Source: Novakomyces olei
Lineage: Eukaryota
DNA length: 64,000 nt
Reading direction: 5' to 3'
NCBI GenBank assembly: GCA_016906335.1
Contig: JADEYG010000001.1
Coordinates: 62,001 to 126,000, forward strand
Shown: positions 46,427-56,760 of the stretch, piece by piece
Position numbering within the stretch: position 1 is the first letter of the stretch
How the letters are laid out: every line of letters starts with the position of its first letter
Position numbers and translations under genes: made by a program
The notes under the pieces: generated by a model
Databases searched by the model: none
Seen by the model: the letters and a program-made list of their open reading frames with translations, nothing else
Told to the model about the DNA's origin: nothing

Positions 46427-48369
46427 TCAAGATTTAATTTTCTTTCACCAGAAAGGATTTCCTGCAGCGGGTCTATTTTTCTGAATTTTTCGTCTCCTAG
46501 TTGCTCTGATGACGTTTTTCTTTTTCGCGCAGGTTGATTTCCTGGGCTGATAAGCTCTAGGCTTGGTTCCTCTTCTATTTCAATTATAGAATTATTTTTT
46601 GATTCAATGTTCTTTAAATTATTGTCAATTTCCATGTTTGATTGAGGGTCGTCACTTTCCTCATCGTCTGTATTTGATTTATTTCCACTTGGCTCTGTTG
46701 AGTCTTCGATCGAGTCCTTTAGGTTGTCAGATGACTGATTTTCCTCAGAATTGGCTTGCGTGGGATTTTCAGAATTTTTGTTAATATTTAACGTATCATC
46801 AGGCGGAGTTTGGGGCGTTTCGAGAGTATTTGATAGACTATTTGGCGATTTGATTTGTTCAGGTACCTTGTTTGACAGTTCACTACTTAGCTTTGGTAGA
46901 TTGTCAATTATAGTTGTGTTGATCCCTTGCGTGGGATGAGTTGTGTCGTGGTCCCTTTTATTCTCCGTATCGGCTTCAGTATTATTTTTGTATGTAAGTT
47001 CGCTGTATATTTGATTTTCATTATAATCAGTAGCAGTGGAATTATTAATCTGTTCGTTTTCAAGGAATTTGACATTTCGAGATACGACTCTTTTCCCATT
47101 TTTGAGATTGGACAGTATGTAGCCTTTCTGTGTTTCAGAGTAGCCGATAAAAATGTATTCATCTCCTCTTTGTTCCAGCTTGGTTTTGTTATTGGCGTGC
47201 TTGTCCAGTGCTATTGCCAAGCAACCAAACACTTTCAGATTGTCCAGATTCGGAGGTCTTTTGTAGATTGTTTCGTACGGAGTCTTTGGTGCTATTCTAG
47301 TTGGTAGTCGATTTTTCAGGTAGCAACTAGTGACCACAGCATCACTCCAGAATTTTATCGGGACTTTGCGTGCTAGTAGTAGGCTTCGTGCCTTCGATAA
47401 TATTGTTCGATTTGCGCGTTCCGCTACTCCATTTTGCTGTGGAGTGTAAGCGGTGCTAGTTTGGTGTATAATGCCATGTTTTTTGCACAGTTCATGCATT
47501 TCGGCATTGATGTATTCCAGACCGTTGTCTGTTCTTAATGTTTTTATCATTTTTCCAAATTGTGTTTTAACAAATGGAATTAACTCTGCGAAGATTTGGG
47601 TGACTTCATTTTTATTCTTCATCAATTTTATGAACGTGAAGCCCGACAGGTCTTCTATAAATGTAACGAAGTATTTGTAATTAAATTCAGAATTTAGATT
47701 GATAGGCCCGCACACGTCGCTGTGCACCAGGTCAAATAGACCTGTTGGTCTGCTTCTCCCCGTATTTGGGAAGGGTTCCCGAGTTATATTTGCTGTTGTA
47801 CATGTATGACATGGTTCAATATCGTTGATTTTAATTAATTGTATTTTCCCTGTGGCTTTTCCGTTTATCAGCTCTAGCAGGTACTGTTTATTTGTGTGGC
47901 CTAGCCTTTCGTGCCACAGTTTTGCCTTTTCGGCACTATCTTCAGTAACAGAATTTGAAATGTATTCGTTATGATAGATTGGTTTTGCAGTGAAATAAAA
48001 TATATTATTATTTTTCTTGAGTCGCATAATTGGTTTTGCGTTGCTCATTAACGTTAACTTAGATTCGGCAATTGTCATGGAATTTTTTCCACTGAATGCC
48101 TGTAGAATGAGCGGATTGAATAAATTTGTGCCGTACTTAGGGGCATATAAGACGTTTGATAGGATCAGCGTTGATCCCAGGTCATCCCTAACTTTTAAAA
48201 TTATTGTTCCAATTCCTGATACGGGAGAGCAATTGTCCTTCCCTGTTTGAATAGTAGATCTGATGTAATTTATTTTATTAAAGTATTTGATATCTGAGCA
48301 TATGTGACTAGTGGCCCCTGTATCGAGAATCCACTCAGTGATATCTCCAGGTGTCCCTTTGTTACCTAG
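46405..48369 (-). CDS. Retrotransposon pol: aspartic protease and integrase, in frame with gag after a single TGA
   Basis: Manual translation from 48369 is open (LGNKGTPGDITEWILDTGATSHICS...) and runs into the 557-aa ORF with WHERLGH..CHTC, VHSDVCGP, RTDNGLEY and QNGVAER. Confidence 0.95.
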   Translation of the reverse strand, partial: LGNKGTPGDITEWILDTGATSHICSDIKYFNKINYIRSTIQTGKDNCSPVSGIGTIILKVRDDLGSTLILSNVLYAPKYGTNLFNPLILQAFSGKNSMTIAESKLTLMSNAKPIMRLKKNNNIFYFTAKPIYHNEYISNSVTEDSAEKAKLWHERLGHTNKQYLLELINGKATGKIQLIKINDIEPCHTCTTANITREPFPNTGRSRPTGLFDLVHSDVCGPINLNSEFNYKYFVTFIEDLSGFTFIKLMKNKNEVTQIFAELIPFVKTQFGKMIKTLRTDNGLEYINAEMHELCKKHGIIHQTSTAYTPQQNGVAERANRTILSKARSLLLARKVPIKFWSDAVVTSCYLKNRLPTRIAPKTPYETIYKRPPNLDNLKVFGCLAIALDKHANNKTKLEQRGDEYIFIGYSETQKGYILSNLKNGKRVVSRNVKFLENEQINNSTATDYNENQIYSELTYKNNTEADTENKRDHDTTHPTQGINTTIIDNLPKLSSELSNKVPEQIKSPNSLSNTLETPQTPPDDTLNINKNSENPTQANSEENQSSDNLKDSIEDSTEPSGNKSNTDDEESDDPQSNMEIDNNLKNIESKNNSIIEIEEEPSLELISPGNQPARKRKTSSEQLGDEKFRKIDPLQEILSGERKLNLEGISKEN

Positions 48370-49326
48370 TCACAGGATAGGCTCAGTATTGTTAATCTTT
48401 ACGTTATACACCGATTGTTTTTTTGAATTTTTGTATTCATGTTTTCTGCAATCTTTTGTCAAATGTCCATATATTCTGCAATTGTTACAGTATCTTGCGT
48501 TTTTCCCATTAGGATTCTTAAAGCAGTCATTTGTTTTGTGGCCATTCTTATCGCAGTAACCGCATTTGTTAACAGACTTTTTAGACTGTCTCTCAGCCTT
48601 ATCGCTATATCCATTGTTTCCACTTTTGAAATTTTGATTTGATCTGTTGATATGATAGGTAGATTCTTCTCCTCGAACAGGAATATGGTGGGCTCCATTT
48701 CCGGAATAGGAAGTCTTATCCATTGTGTAATAAATTAGTTCATTATCGATAAGGTCAAGTAGATCAAATACGTGGGTCTCAGAATTAATAGTGGAGCTCA
48801 CGTTGTGTCGGATTGTATTTGCAATGTCGCGAGGTATTGCAGAAAGTATGCCGCAATAGGCAAAGTAGGTGAGTTCCGTGTAGCCGAGTCGAACTAAATT
48901 TACGATTTGTTTTCTGTATTCCGTAATAAAGTTTTCCGGGTCTCCATTCCATAGTTTCGACGGATTCATAAATTTTGATACAATGGATTCGGTCACTTGA
49001 TGCTTTCTTTTTTCGAATTCGGTGTCCAGTAGTTCAAATAGTTTTTGAGGGGTTTTGAGCCCTTCGATTCGGGGTCCAAGAAGATCCCCACTTATTGCTT
49101 CGACTAGTTCAGCCGTGACTATTAGTGTGCTCACATTCGACACTGTAGTTGTGTCGACAGAATTGTCTAGCAGCGATGAAAGGCCATGTAATTCAAGTCT
49201 ATTTTTGATTTTAATTCTCCACTCCAGATAGGAATGCCAATCTTTCAATTGAGGGATGACTCCAAGAATAATAGTATTATTTCTGATGCTAGATGCCTGT
49301 CCGGGGGTGACATTGACATCAGCCAT
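48370..49326 (-). CDS. Retrotransposon gag with two CCHC zinc knuckles
   Basis: First ATG after the PBS (MADVNV). Knuckles CGYCDKNGHKTNDC and CNNCRIYGHLTKDC. Confidence 0.92.
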   Translation of the reverse strand: MADVNVTPGQASSIRNNTIILGVIPQLKDWHSYLEWRIKIKNRLELHGLSSLLDNSVDTTTVSNVSTLIVTAELVEAISGDLLGPRIEGLKTPQKLFELLDTEFEKRKHQVTESIVSKFMNPSKLWNGDPENFITEYRKQIVNLVRLGYTELTYFAYCGILSAIPRDIANTIRHNVSSTINSETHVFDLLDLIDNELIYYTMDKTSYSGNGAHHIPVRGEESTYHINRSNQNFKSGNNGYSDKAERQSKKSVNKCGYCDKNGHKTNDCFKNPNGKNARYCNNCRIYGHLTKDCRKHEYKNSKKQSVYNVKINNTEPIL

Positions 49327-49407
49327 TTGAGCTTTGAATAAGAGAAATAGTTTTATTAAAAGACAGCGAGCGGTATCTTGAGTTTGAAATTCAACAATCA
49401 CCTTCCA

Positions 49408-49418
49408 GGCTCATAACC
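49408..49418 (-). other. Primer-binding site GGTTATGAGCC (internal tRNAi-Met, half-tRNA type)
   Basis: Directly follows the 5' LTR end on the minus strand and resembles the Ty5/copia-type PBS. Confidence 0.85.
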
Positions 49419-49633
49419 TGTTGAATATAGAAGGTTGGAATTTGCTCTTATGGTAGATTAAATGAATTAGATACTCTAGATTGCTTCAGCTGAATCCCCC
49501 CCGAGGGTGTGAGGGTTCGCTTGAGCTATATATATGTAACTATGTATTTTTGAGTGAGTATTCTGTAAAGCTAAAAGTCAAACAACTGACACTCATGGTT
49601 GAGTTGTCTTAGCCGGTCAGTGAGTCGGCGAGT

Positions 49634-49695
<62 letters not shown>

Positions 49696-49722
49696 AGGGG
49701 ATAATAGATTCATATTTCAACA
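49419..49722 (-). repeat. 5' LTR, 304 bp, containing (TAT)20 at 49635-49694
   Basis: Direct repeat of 44398-44725. Confidence 0.97.
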
Positions 49723-49882
<160 letters not shown>

Positions 49883-50078
49883 TCATCTTCTACTTAAAAT
49901 CTACGCTCAGCTCACCCTTGAGGCCGAAAGCGCCAACAAAATATTATTTTTGCTGTTCAGCAAAGCCGGTCAGCTCGGTCCCAGGGCGTTTTTTCATAAA
50001 TAATTGCATGCTATTATATATCTACTTTCAACGACTCGTATACTCGTCTCGTAAGCAACTTGTTCCACTAGTTACAGG

Positions 50079-51793
50079 CTATTCCGGTGGGGACGACGAA
50101 GGTTCCTGATTGGTTGCACTACCACCACCCCCATTAAACAGCATTTGATCCGGTGAGGGAGTTCGTGTTGCCGGTGAATGGTATCGCATCTGCCTCCCAG
50201 CCCTTCCGTGCAAAATACGGTAGTTCGCCGGATCTGATTGCGTATTTTGAATGAAGCGTGCCTGCACGCCTTCAAATACGCTCCATAAAAAGCTTGCTAC
50301 TCCATAGACAAAACGCGTCAATAGCCTTGGAGGTAAAAGCAGCCAACGAAGAAAAGCTGGCTGTTGCGCTGACGTGTAAGCAGTTACTATGCGTCGAGAT
50401 CCTATTGGCCGCATCACTAGGGCCGCACTGGGACACAGTCCGAGCTCTTTTACGGTGAGAGATTCATCAGAACTGTCGAGGGCCCGTCGGGGGTAAGGCT
50501 GGAGTAATGTGAAGGGATGATCGCCGTCCGTGCGATGCTGCTATTAGCGCTATACTAAGAATAAAAAGCGAGAATCAATGAGAGCGTCGAATTATTTCGG
50601 TGCAAGTCCCTTGTTGTAGGCAAATTGTGAAATAAAAAAGAGTAAAAGCAAAAGCAAATTGTAGTCAGCTTACGTCATTAATGTACTCGACTAGTTGCTG
50701 TAAACTAGTGCTAGCAGGTACTGATAATCGGATAGACTGGCCGTCTAATTGTCTCACGGTTAAAGAGCAGCTATCAGAAGCTCTTGCTGCTGTGGCCGGC
50801 ACTTGTTGTGCCAAAGATCCTACTGCTGGCCGCACATTATTCCGCTCTCGACGGTCAGCTGCAATTAATGAGCGTATACGCTGCCGCTCAGCCCTTTCAC
50901 GGGCCTGTTCAGACTCCAGTGCACGTGATCGCTCAGCCAGGGAATCAGACCGGATACTTTCCACATTGTCAGAGCCTTGCTCAGCAGCGTGTGCTGTATT
51001 AGAGGCCGGAGAAGAAGGCTCGGCTGCTTGAGAATTTAGGGAACGTAAGCGTTCATTGCCTTCATTGCCAGTCACACTAGACGGTGGCAAGTTAAGATCA
51101 GAAACAGACTCGACAGTCTCTGGCTGTTGCGAGCTGCCTTGTTCCAAATGCTCTGCACCCGTTCCCGCCGGATTGGCCGCCAGAGTCACATTTGGCGTGT
51201 TAATAGCGTTTGCTTGCCGCCTTTGTGACACGTCTGTTCCACTAGCCCCGTGGGCAGAATGGCTCAATGCCGTGTCCGACCTGTCCTGCTTCTCCTCTTC
51301 GTTTTTGTTGGCATTTGCATCCTCATTTGACCCAACCTGCTCTGCTCTATCGCTGTTGCCTTCATCCGGAAGCAGTGCATTTTGCAGCTGTGTAAAAAGC
51401 TGTTCCGCTGCTGCTGTTTCCAGCAAAGCCCGTAGTTTGCCGTCGCTAAAAAGTTAGCTGGAAAATAGTAAATTAAATATGAAAATTAAATGGCCAAGCG
51501 ACAAACCGGATAACCGAGATACTCGGGCCCACAGCCGACGGTACCACGTTTCTGAACAAGTGATAGTCGGGCGAATCGAATAAAAGACGCAGTACAACCG
51601 CTCGTTCTGCTAATTGCAGTCTCTCCGAGTTTTGTTCCAGAACAGTCTCGAGACGCGACGAGTCCGTTGCAGCGGACGAGCTCCCGTCTGATGCTTCGAC
51701 GACACAGACGACAAGAGCTTTTTGGTTTGCTACTACTGTCTGTACGGCTGCCGCCACTCCGTGCGCGAACCAAATTGTGGAGGCCGTCCCCAT
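50079..51793 (-). CDS. UBX-domain protein (UBXN4/Ubx7-like); exons approx. 51793-51507, 51445-50674, 50540-50079
   Basis: N-terminal WFAHGVAAAV thioredoxin-like region, ERQRIRSLIAADRRER, UBX fold (LTVRQLDG..PYPRR..LGLCPSAALVM) and a hydrophobic segment. Confidence 0.8.
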
Positions 51794-52348
51794 TATTTCG
51801 CTGTCTGTCCTTTATTATACTGATATTTTTATACTCCCTATCGCAAAAATATAATTAATACGCTGGGGAATAGGTTCGATTAATTGAGAGCGGTTCTTTG
51901 TATTTAAATATTATGCGTACTTTAATTTTAACAGTCCGTTGTCAAGCGCTATCCTGCATCTGCCAGCGCTACGCGCTAATTAATTTGCGACTTTTGCTTG
52001 CAATTGTAATTATTATTATTGAATGGCTTTGGAAAATCCACGACTCAACCTTATCGCCAAGCGACAATATCATGATGCCTAGAGCGAACCAGCTTGTTCA
52101 GGATTATTTTGAACGGGATTCTTATATCCAATGTTTTTAGCTAAATTTCTATCATTACGTTCAGGGTCAGGGTTATGGGACTATTTCATGATCATGAGAC
52201 AAAATTTGAATCGTGCGGCACGTCGAGTCTGGCAAATATTACTCGTAAACTAGCCGGAGAAGGCTGACAAAATTATGGATTAATTAAATAGATAGATGTT
52301 AGCATCCCAAACTCCTCTATATGTACATATAAACAATACCGAAACTAC

Positions 52349-52570
52349 CTAGCGGTCTTTCGAGCCAAGGTCTTTTTTTACCGCTGGTAGTTCGATCTCG
52401 CGGGGTAAAAATTGCCTTTCCAGACTGTAAAGCGTTTGCTTTTTGTTTACAAGCCGTTGCCTATAATTAGTACCAATATCACAACGATATGCAGAATAAG
52501 TGATATAGCTGATAACAATACAATAAATAAATAGTTCAATAAATAAAAAATAGATAAATAAATAAATAAA

Positions 52571-52601
<31 letters not shown>

Positions 52602-53934
52602 AAATAAATAAATAATAAATAAAAATAAATAAATAAACCTACCGTCGAAGCAATTGCTGTACATCTACTGCTTCGATAGTTTTCCGGCCAGCGTGTTCAG
52701 CATAAGCGGCCATATCATTTGAAATTTGTGCAAAGAATTGATTTGTTGCATGCTCTATCGGCTCAATACATTCGCCTGCCAATTTACGAGGCCCAAGAGC
52801 TCCAGAAAGCCGCTTTATGAAGGCCCGTGGTAATAATGGAACTTCTCGTCCAAGAGCAGAAACACTGTGTATTGTTAGTGTTGTATACTTAAATAACAAG
52901 ACTTGCAGTTTTTTTCGCGCAATGCGAGGTCTCCGAGGCCGTTCCTCAATTGTCGGTATGTTTGCTATGTCGTCATTATTGAAAGAAATATTAAAGTGAA
53001 CCGTTTCTTCTTCAGCTTGTCCTACAGCTTCATCCGCTAGCGTGTAATCCAAACTTCCGGGACTCAAAGGGCCCCCGTCAAGTGCTTGTACTGCCAGTGG
53101 GCCAGTGTCTCCTAGACTAAAGTCGGCCGCACTAATAGAAGAGCGCCGCCTGAATGATAATCGGTCCCGTGTTCGTATTGCTTGTTCAATAGACGCCGCT
53201 GTGCCGCCATCTTCAGCATCTTGGATCCTTGACGTAAATATTTCGGAATTTGCATCGCCAAAGTCTGTACTAATATTCATCTCATAGTCCTTATCGTCGT
53301 AATTTAAATCGTGATTTTCGTTCTTTTCACCTGTCTCGTTTGTCTGCTGATCCTCCGTGTCGCGCACGTCCATCGTTGCACGATTGCCACCGTCTAATAT
53401 TGGGCCGATTTCTTTTTCTCCTCCTTCTTTCTCTCCTTCAGTCGGTTCGTAAGCTGCTTCATTGTCGTGCTCAGCGGCTCTCACCGTTTCCTGCCTCTCC
53501 CGCTGTTCTCGTAAAAGAGCACGTGACAAGTTACGCAGCAGATCACGAGCCGGTTCATGGCCGTTTACGCGTGCAGCCGACCGGCGTCGCACGCTCATTG
53601 GTGTATTTACGCGTTGCCGTTGTTTTTCTAGTGCGCGCGCGGTATGCGGCGTTTGCCGTGCCGGTGTGGCCGTCGTGCGCGGTGTATGTGGGATTCTGAC
53701 AGCGACGCGCCGACTTTCCAGCGCTCCAGTGAGGCTTTGTAGCTATCACAACACGCGTTAACCCTAAACAACAAACTAGATTGATTTTGCATTTTATACC
53801 TCATTATGGGGGGTTCGCGGTCCCCTTGCAGATCGTGTTAAAAACGCGTCATCTGTGTCCGTACTCTGTATTCGCACGGGCGTAGAAGGCTGCGACGCGG
53901 ATTTCCGCAGAGAGATTCGTGATCCGGGGATCAT
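52349..53934 (-). CDS. Kinetochore histone-fold protein CENP-T (Cnp20/Cnn1 family); exons approx. 53934-53800, 53742-52907, 52864-52643, 52460-52349
   Basis: C-terminal histone fold FFAQISNDMAAYAEHAGRKTIEAVDVQQLLRRQR..FLPRE. The frame is open upstream of the ORF-track ATG to an acceptor at 53743 and a TP-rich first exon. Confidence 0.85.
52537..52637. repeat. Degenerate (AAAT)n in the last CENP-T intron
   Basis: Directly visible. Confidence 0.85.
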
Positions 53935-55542
53935 GTTTGTCTCATGCGACCCGTCTTTGCGATTAGATTATTATTATTATTATCATTATCATTATTATTA
54001 TTGTCGTTGATGTGGCTTCTATATCTTACATATTACAAGTAAATTTATCCATACAATATGCTTGGGCCTGAGTCAATTACTAGTCAATAGAGGATTACTT
54101 GTTGCCGGAGCCGTTATAGGCTTGCTTGATATAGAGGACGCGATGATCTCCTTACTTCTGATAATTCGTATCAATGATACTCGCGGCATTGCAGTCTCGA
54201 TCATGATTAGCATCACAGACGCAAATACGAGGTGGCAAACATTTTAGAATTGGATATAGAAATATGATGCCCGAGCTGCAAATAAATTTATTTTAGTCTT
54301 ATGATGCGGGCATGATCTAATCTAATCTAATCTAATCATAGCGTTGATTTGTCACACGTCTCTTTCGAATCAAGAGCCAAAGCATTGTATCCTTTTAGAG
54401 TGCAGCCGTCGTCCAGCCAAAATTTAATTTCTAGCAAGAGCGGCTATAGCAGGAGTAAGGCGGCTTTTCATATTAGCTTCATTTCAATCTTATTTTTAGC
54501 ACAAACGGCATCTGCGTCCTTAAAGGATTATTTTCCGGGAGGAAGCTATAGTCCTACCTCAGCCGACATTGCTCAACGAACTTTGACTGCGTTGATCAGG
54601 CTCTTTTGTATCCATGGCCATAGTCGCTAACGCTTGTAGCAAATTACAATTAGCATTTTACTGTCCGACGCTAATATAAAAAGACATAAACCTAAATTAA
54701 TAGCTCAAAGATCGACCCCTCCTTAAGGCGACACAAAGAATTTTGTCATCAGCAGCGATATCTGCGTCTTCCCCTAATCTCACACAGTTGTCTCAATTCA
54801 AAAAATGCCTCCCTGAGACAATATTTTCTCAAAATATTTTTTGCTTCGCATCCACAAGCAAAGTACTATATGTAAAGTCCGTGTCAATTTAACTTAACTT
54901 GAATTAATGGGATTTGGCCTTTTTGAGTTAAACATATACGCATTTTTTTAAGCCTACGGTAAAGAGAAAAGGTTTTCCTCAATATAGAATATATTATTCA
55001 GTCTATTGTAGAACACCGTGGCATTTGATTTAGGAAAAACGCCCTATCATTTTCAGCCTCCCTTACGGCAGCAATGCAAGCACAGCGCGCAGCTTAATCG
55101 TAGTTTATGCGCTATTCGAATGATGAATTTTAAACAGTAGAAATGGAACCGATTAGCTGTGGACCAAGATATCGTAGCTAGTCTTCTATTATATACCGTT
55201 GAGTCCAGATATCTGGGGCCCAATCCTAGTGCCGAGGACGATAAAGCGTCATTTAATTTTATTTACTCGCTCTATAGTATTAAGAATTTTTCATTACTTA
55301 TTTCGGTTTTATAATTAAATTGGACACTTCTGTCCCGGGCTTCGCGCGAAGCCCTACGTGGGCTGTTCCCGCTTTAGGGTAGGGCGACTGAAATTGCTTA
55401 TCTTGGCAAGTTTTTGCTCATATGCTTGGGTTTTGTATACGTGCAATAGATCAAGCTTGTTTGTCTACAATGTTGTATGTACGTATTTGGCATTGTATAT
55501 TATTATACATCATCGCTACTGTATTTGACATCACATTTGTAT

Positions 55543-56490
55543 TTAAATCATTTTTTTGGCAGCAAAATTTCGTTCCATAGCAGATAATATGTACTCCTCT
55601 GCTGTTATTGGCTCGTACTTTTTGAGAGGTCCCTGAACAATGCACGGCTTGTTTGCTTGATTAAAGTATGCGATAGAGTACCTCGCCTTTTGCGACTCGT
55701 CCAGACCAGGTGCTCTTACTCGGTGAAAATTACTCTTGAATCTGTCGTCAGACCATGCCATGAGCATGTCGCCAATGTTGACAACAACAGCACCAGTAGT
55801 AGCAGGCACAGGTGTCCAGTAATCGCCTCGCCCAAACGACGTATGCGCGTCACGGCCGGGGCACACTTCAAGACCAGATTCGCCAGAGCGCTGAAACAGC
55901 AATGTTAGAGTATCGAAATCAGTATGTGCGCCTGCCCTCCAATATCCTTCCGGCAATTTTGTGCCTGTGATATCGTGGTAGTGCAACAACCGCAGTGTAG
56001 TCTGAGCACTGGGTTTCTCGATTTCATGGGCCTTTGTGAAGAAATCAGCGGAGAATCCGAGAGACTCGGCAAAGCAAGACAAGACATCCATGCTCAGCTT
56101 TTGGCAATCTTTCATGAATTCCGATGTATAATCAGTAAACTCTGTGTTTCCCTTTGGCCAATTCTCTTGGCGGCGATGATATTGCAATTGAAGACTCTCC
56201 TTTTGATCCGGTGTCCCAGTAGAAGGTCTCACCTGGGACAATTTTTCCCATCCTGTATTTTCCTGTTTGACAAATTTTGAACGTGCTTTCACCTCATCTG
56301 GCTGTGCAAAAAACGCGGCACTATAGCCAAACATTTTTTCAATAGACTCCTTACTCGGTGTCTCTTGATCAACAATAATGAAGAACCCCATCGTTTCCGC
56401 CGCGTGAGTCAATTGCTCTGCTATCTCCTTGCGTCTGCTGCTGTAATCGCGCAGACTAATAACTGGCACTTTTCTTTCCATGGAAGGCAT
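55543..56490 (-). CDS. 2-oxoglutarate/Fe(II)-dependent dioxygenase (IPNS-like)
   Basis: VPVISL..GFF N-terminus, LRLLHY, HTDFDTLTLLFQ, VNIGDML, SNFHRV and RYSIAYF. Confidence 0.92.
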   Translation of the reverse strand: MPSMERKVPVISLRDYSSRRKEIAEQLTHAAETMGFFIIVDQETPSKESIEKMFGYSAAFFAQPDEVKARSKFVKQENTGWEKLSQVRPSTGTPDQKESLQLQYHRRQENWPKGNTEFTDYTSEFMKDCQKLSMDVLSCFAESLGFSADFFTKAHEIEKPSAQTTLRLLHYHDITGTKLPEGYWRAGAHTDFDTLTLLFQRSGESGLEVCPGRDAHTSFGRGDYWTPVPATTGAVVVNIGDMLMAWSDDRFKSNFHRVRAPGLDESQKARYSIAYFNQANKPCIVQGPLKKYEPITAEEYILSAMERNFAAKKMI

Positions 56491-56760
56491 GCTGCTAGTA
56501 TCTCTGTCGGCTCGAGTAAATTTCGGGCCATGTCAAAGACGCCGCTGGTTAAATAGAGAAACATTCGGGGCTCGCGCGAGGCCCGAAGTCATAAAGCGTG
56601 TACCAATCAATTAGTACCAATTAAAGTAGTGAGCAGCAGTATTTACAGACATATTAGGAAATATATAAATTATATGAAATATATAATTAATATACAATTA
56701 CAATTAATATATAATTAATGTATTATAGTTGCCAACTGTTTCGAGATTCTTATTCTCGGG

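Larger units (their letters stand above)
44398..49722 (-). mobile_element. Full-length Ty1/copia LTR retrotransposon (5325 bp)
   Basis: Two TGTTG..CAACA LTRs, PBS, PPT, gag-PR-IN-RT-RH domain order, and ATAAT on both flanks (44393-44397, 49723-49727). Confidence 0.98.

Noticed and set aside
46395-46450. An intron that would repair the IN/RT frame break
   Set aside because: The nearby GT..AG pairs I tried (24, 36 and 46 nt) give the wrong phase and lack a branch point.
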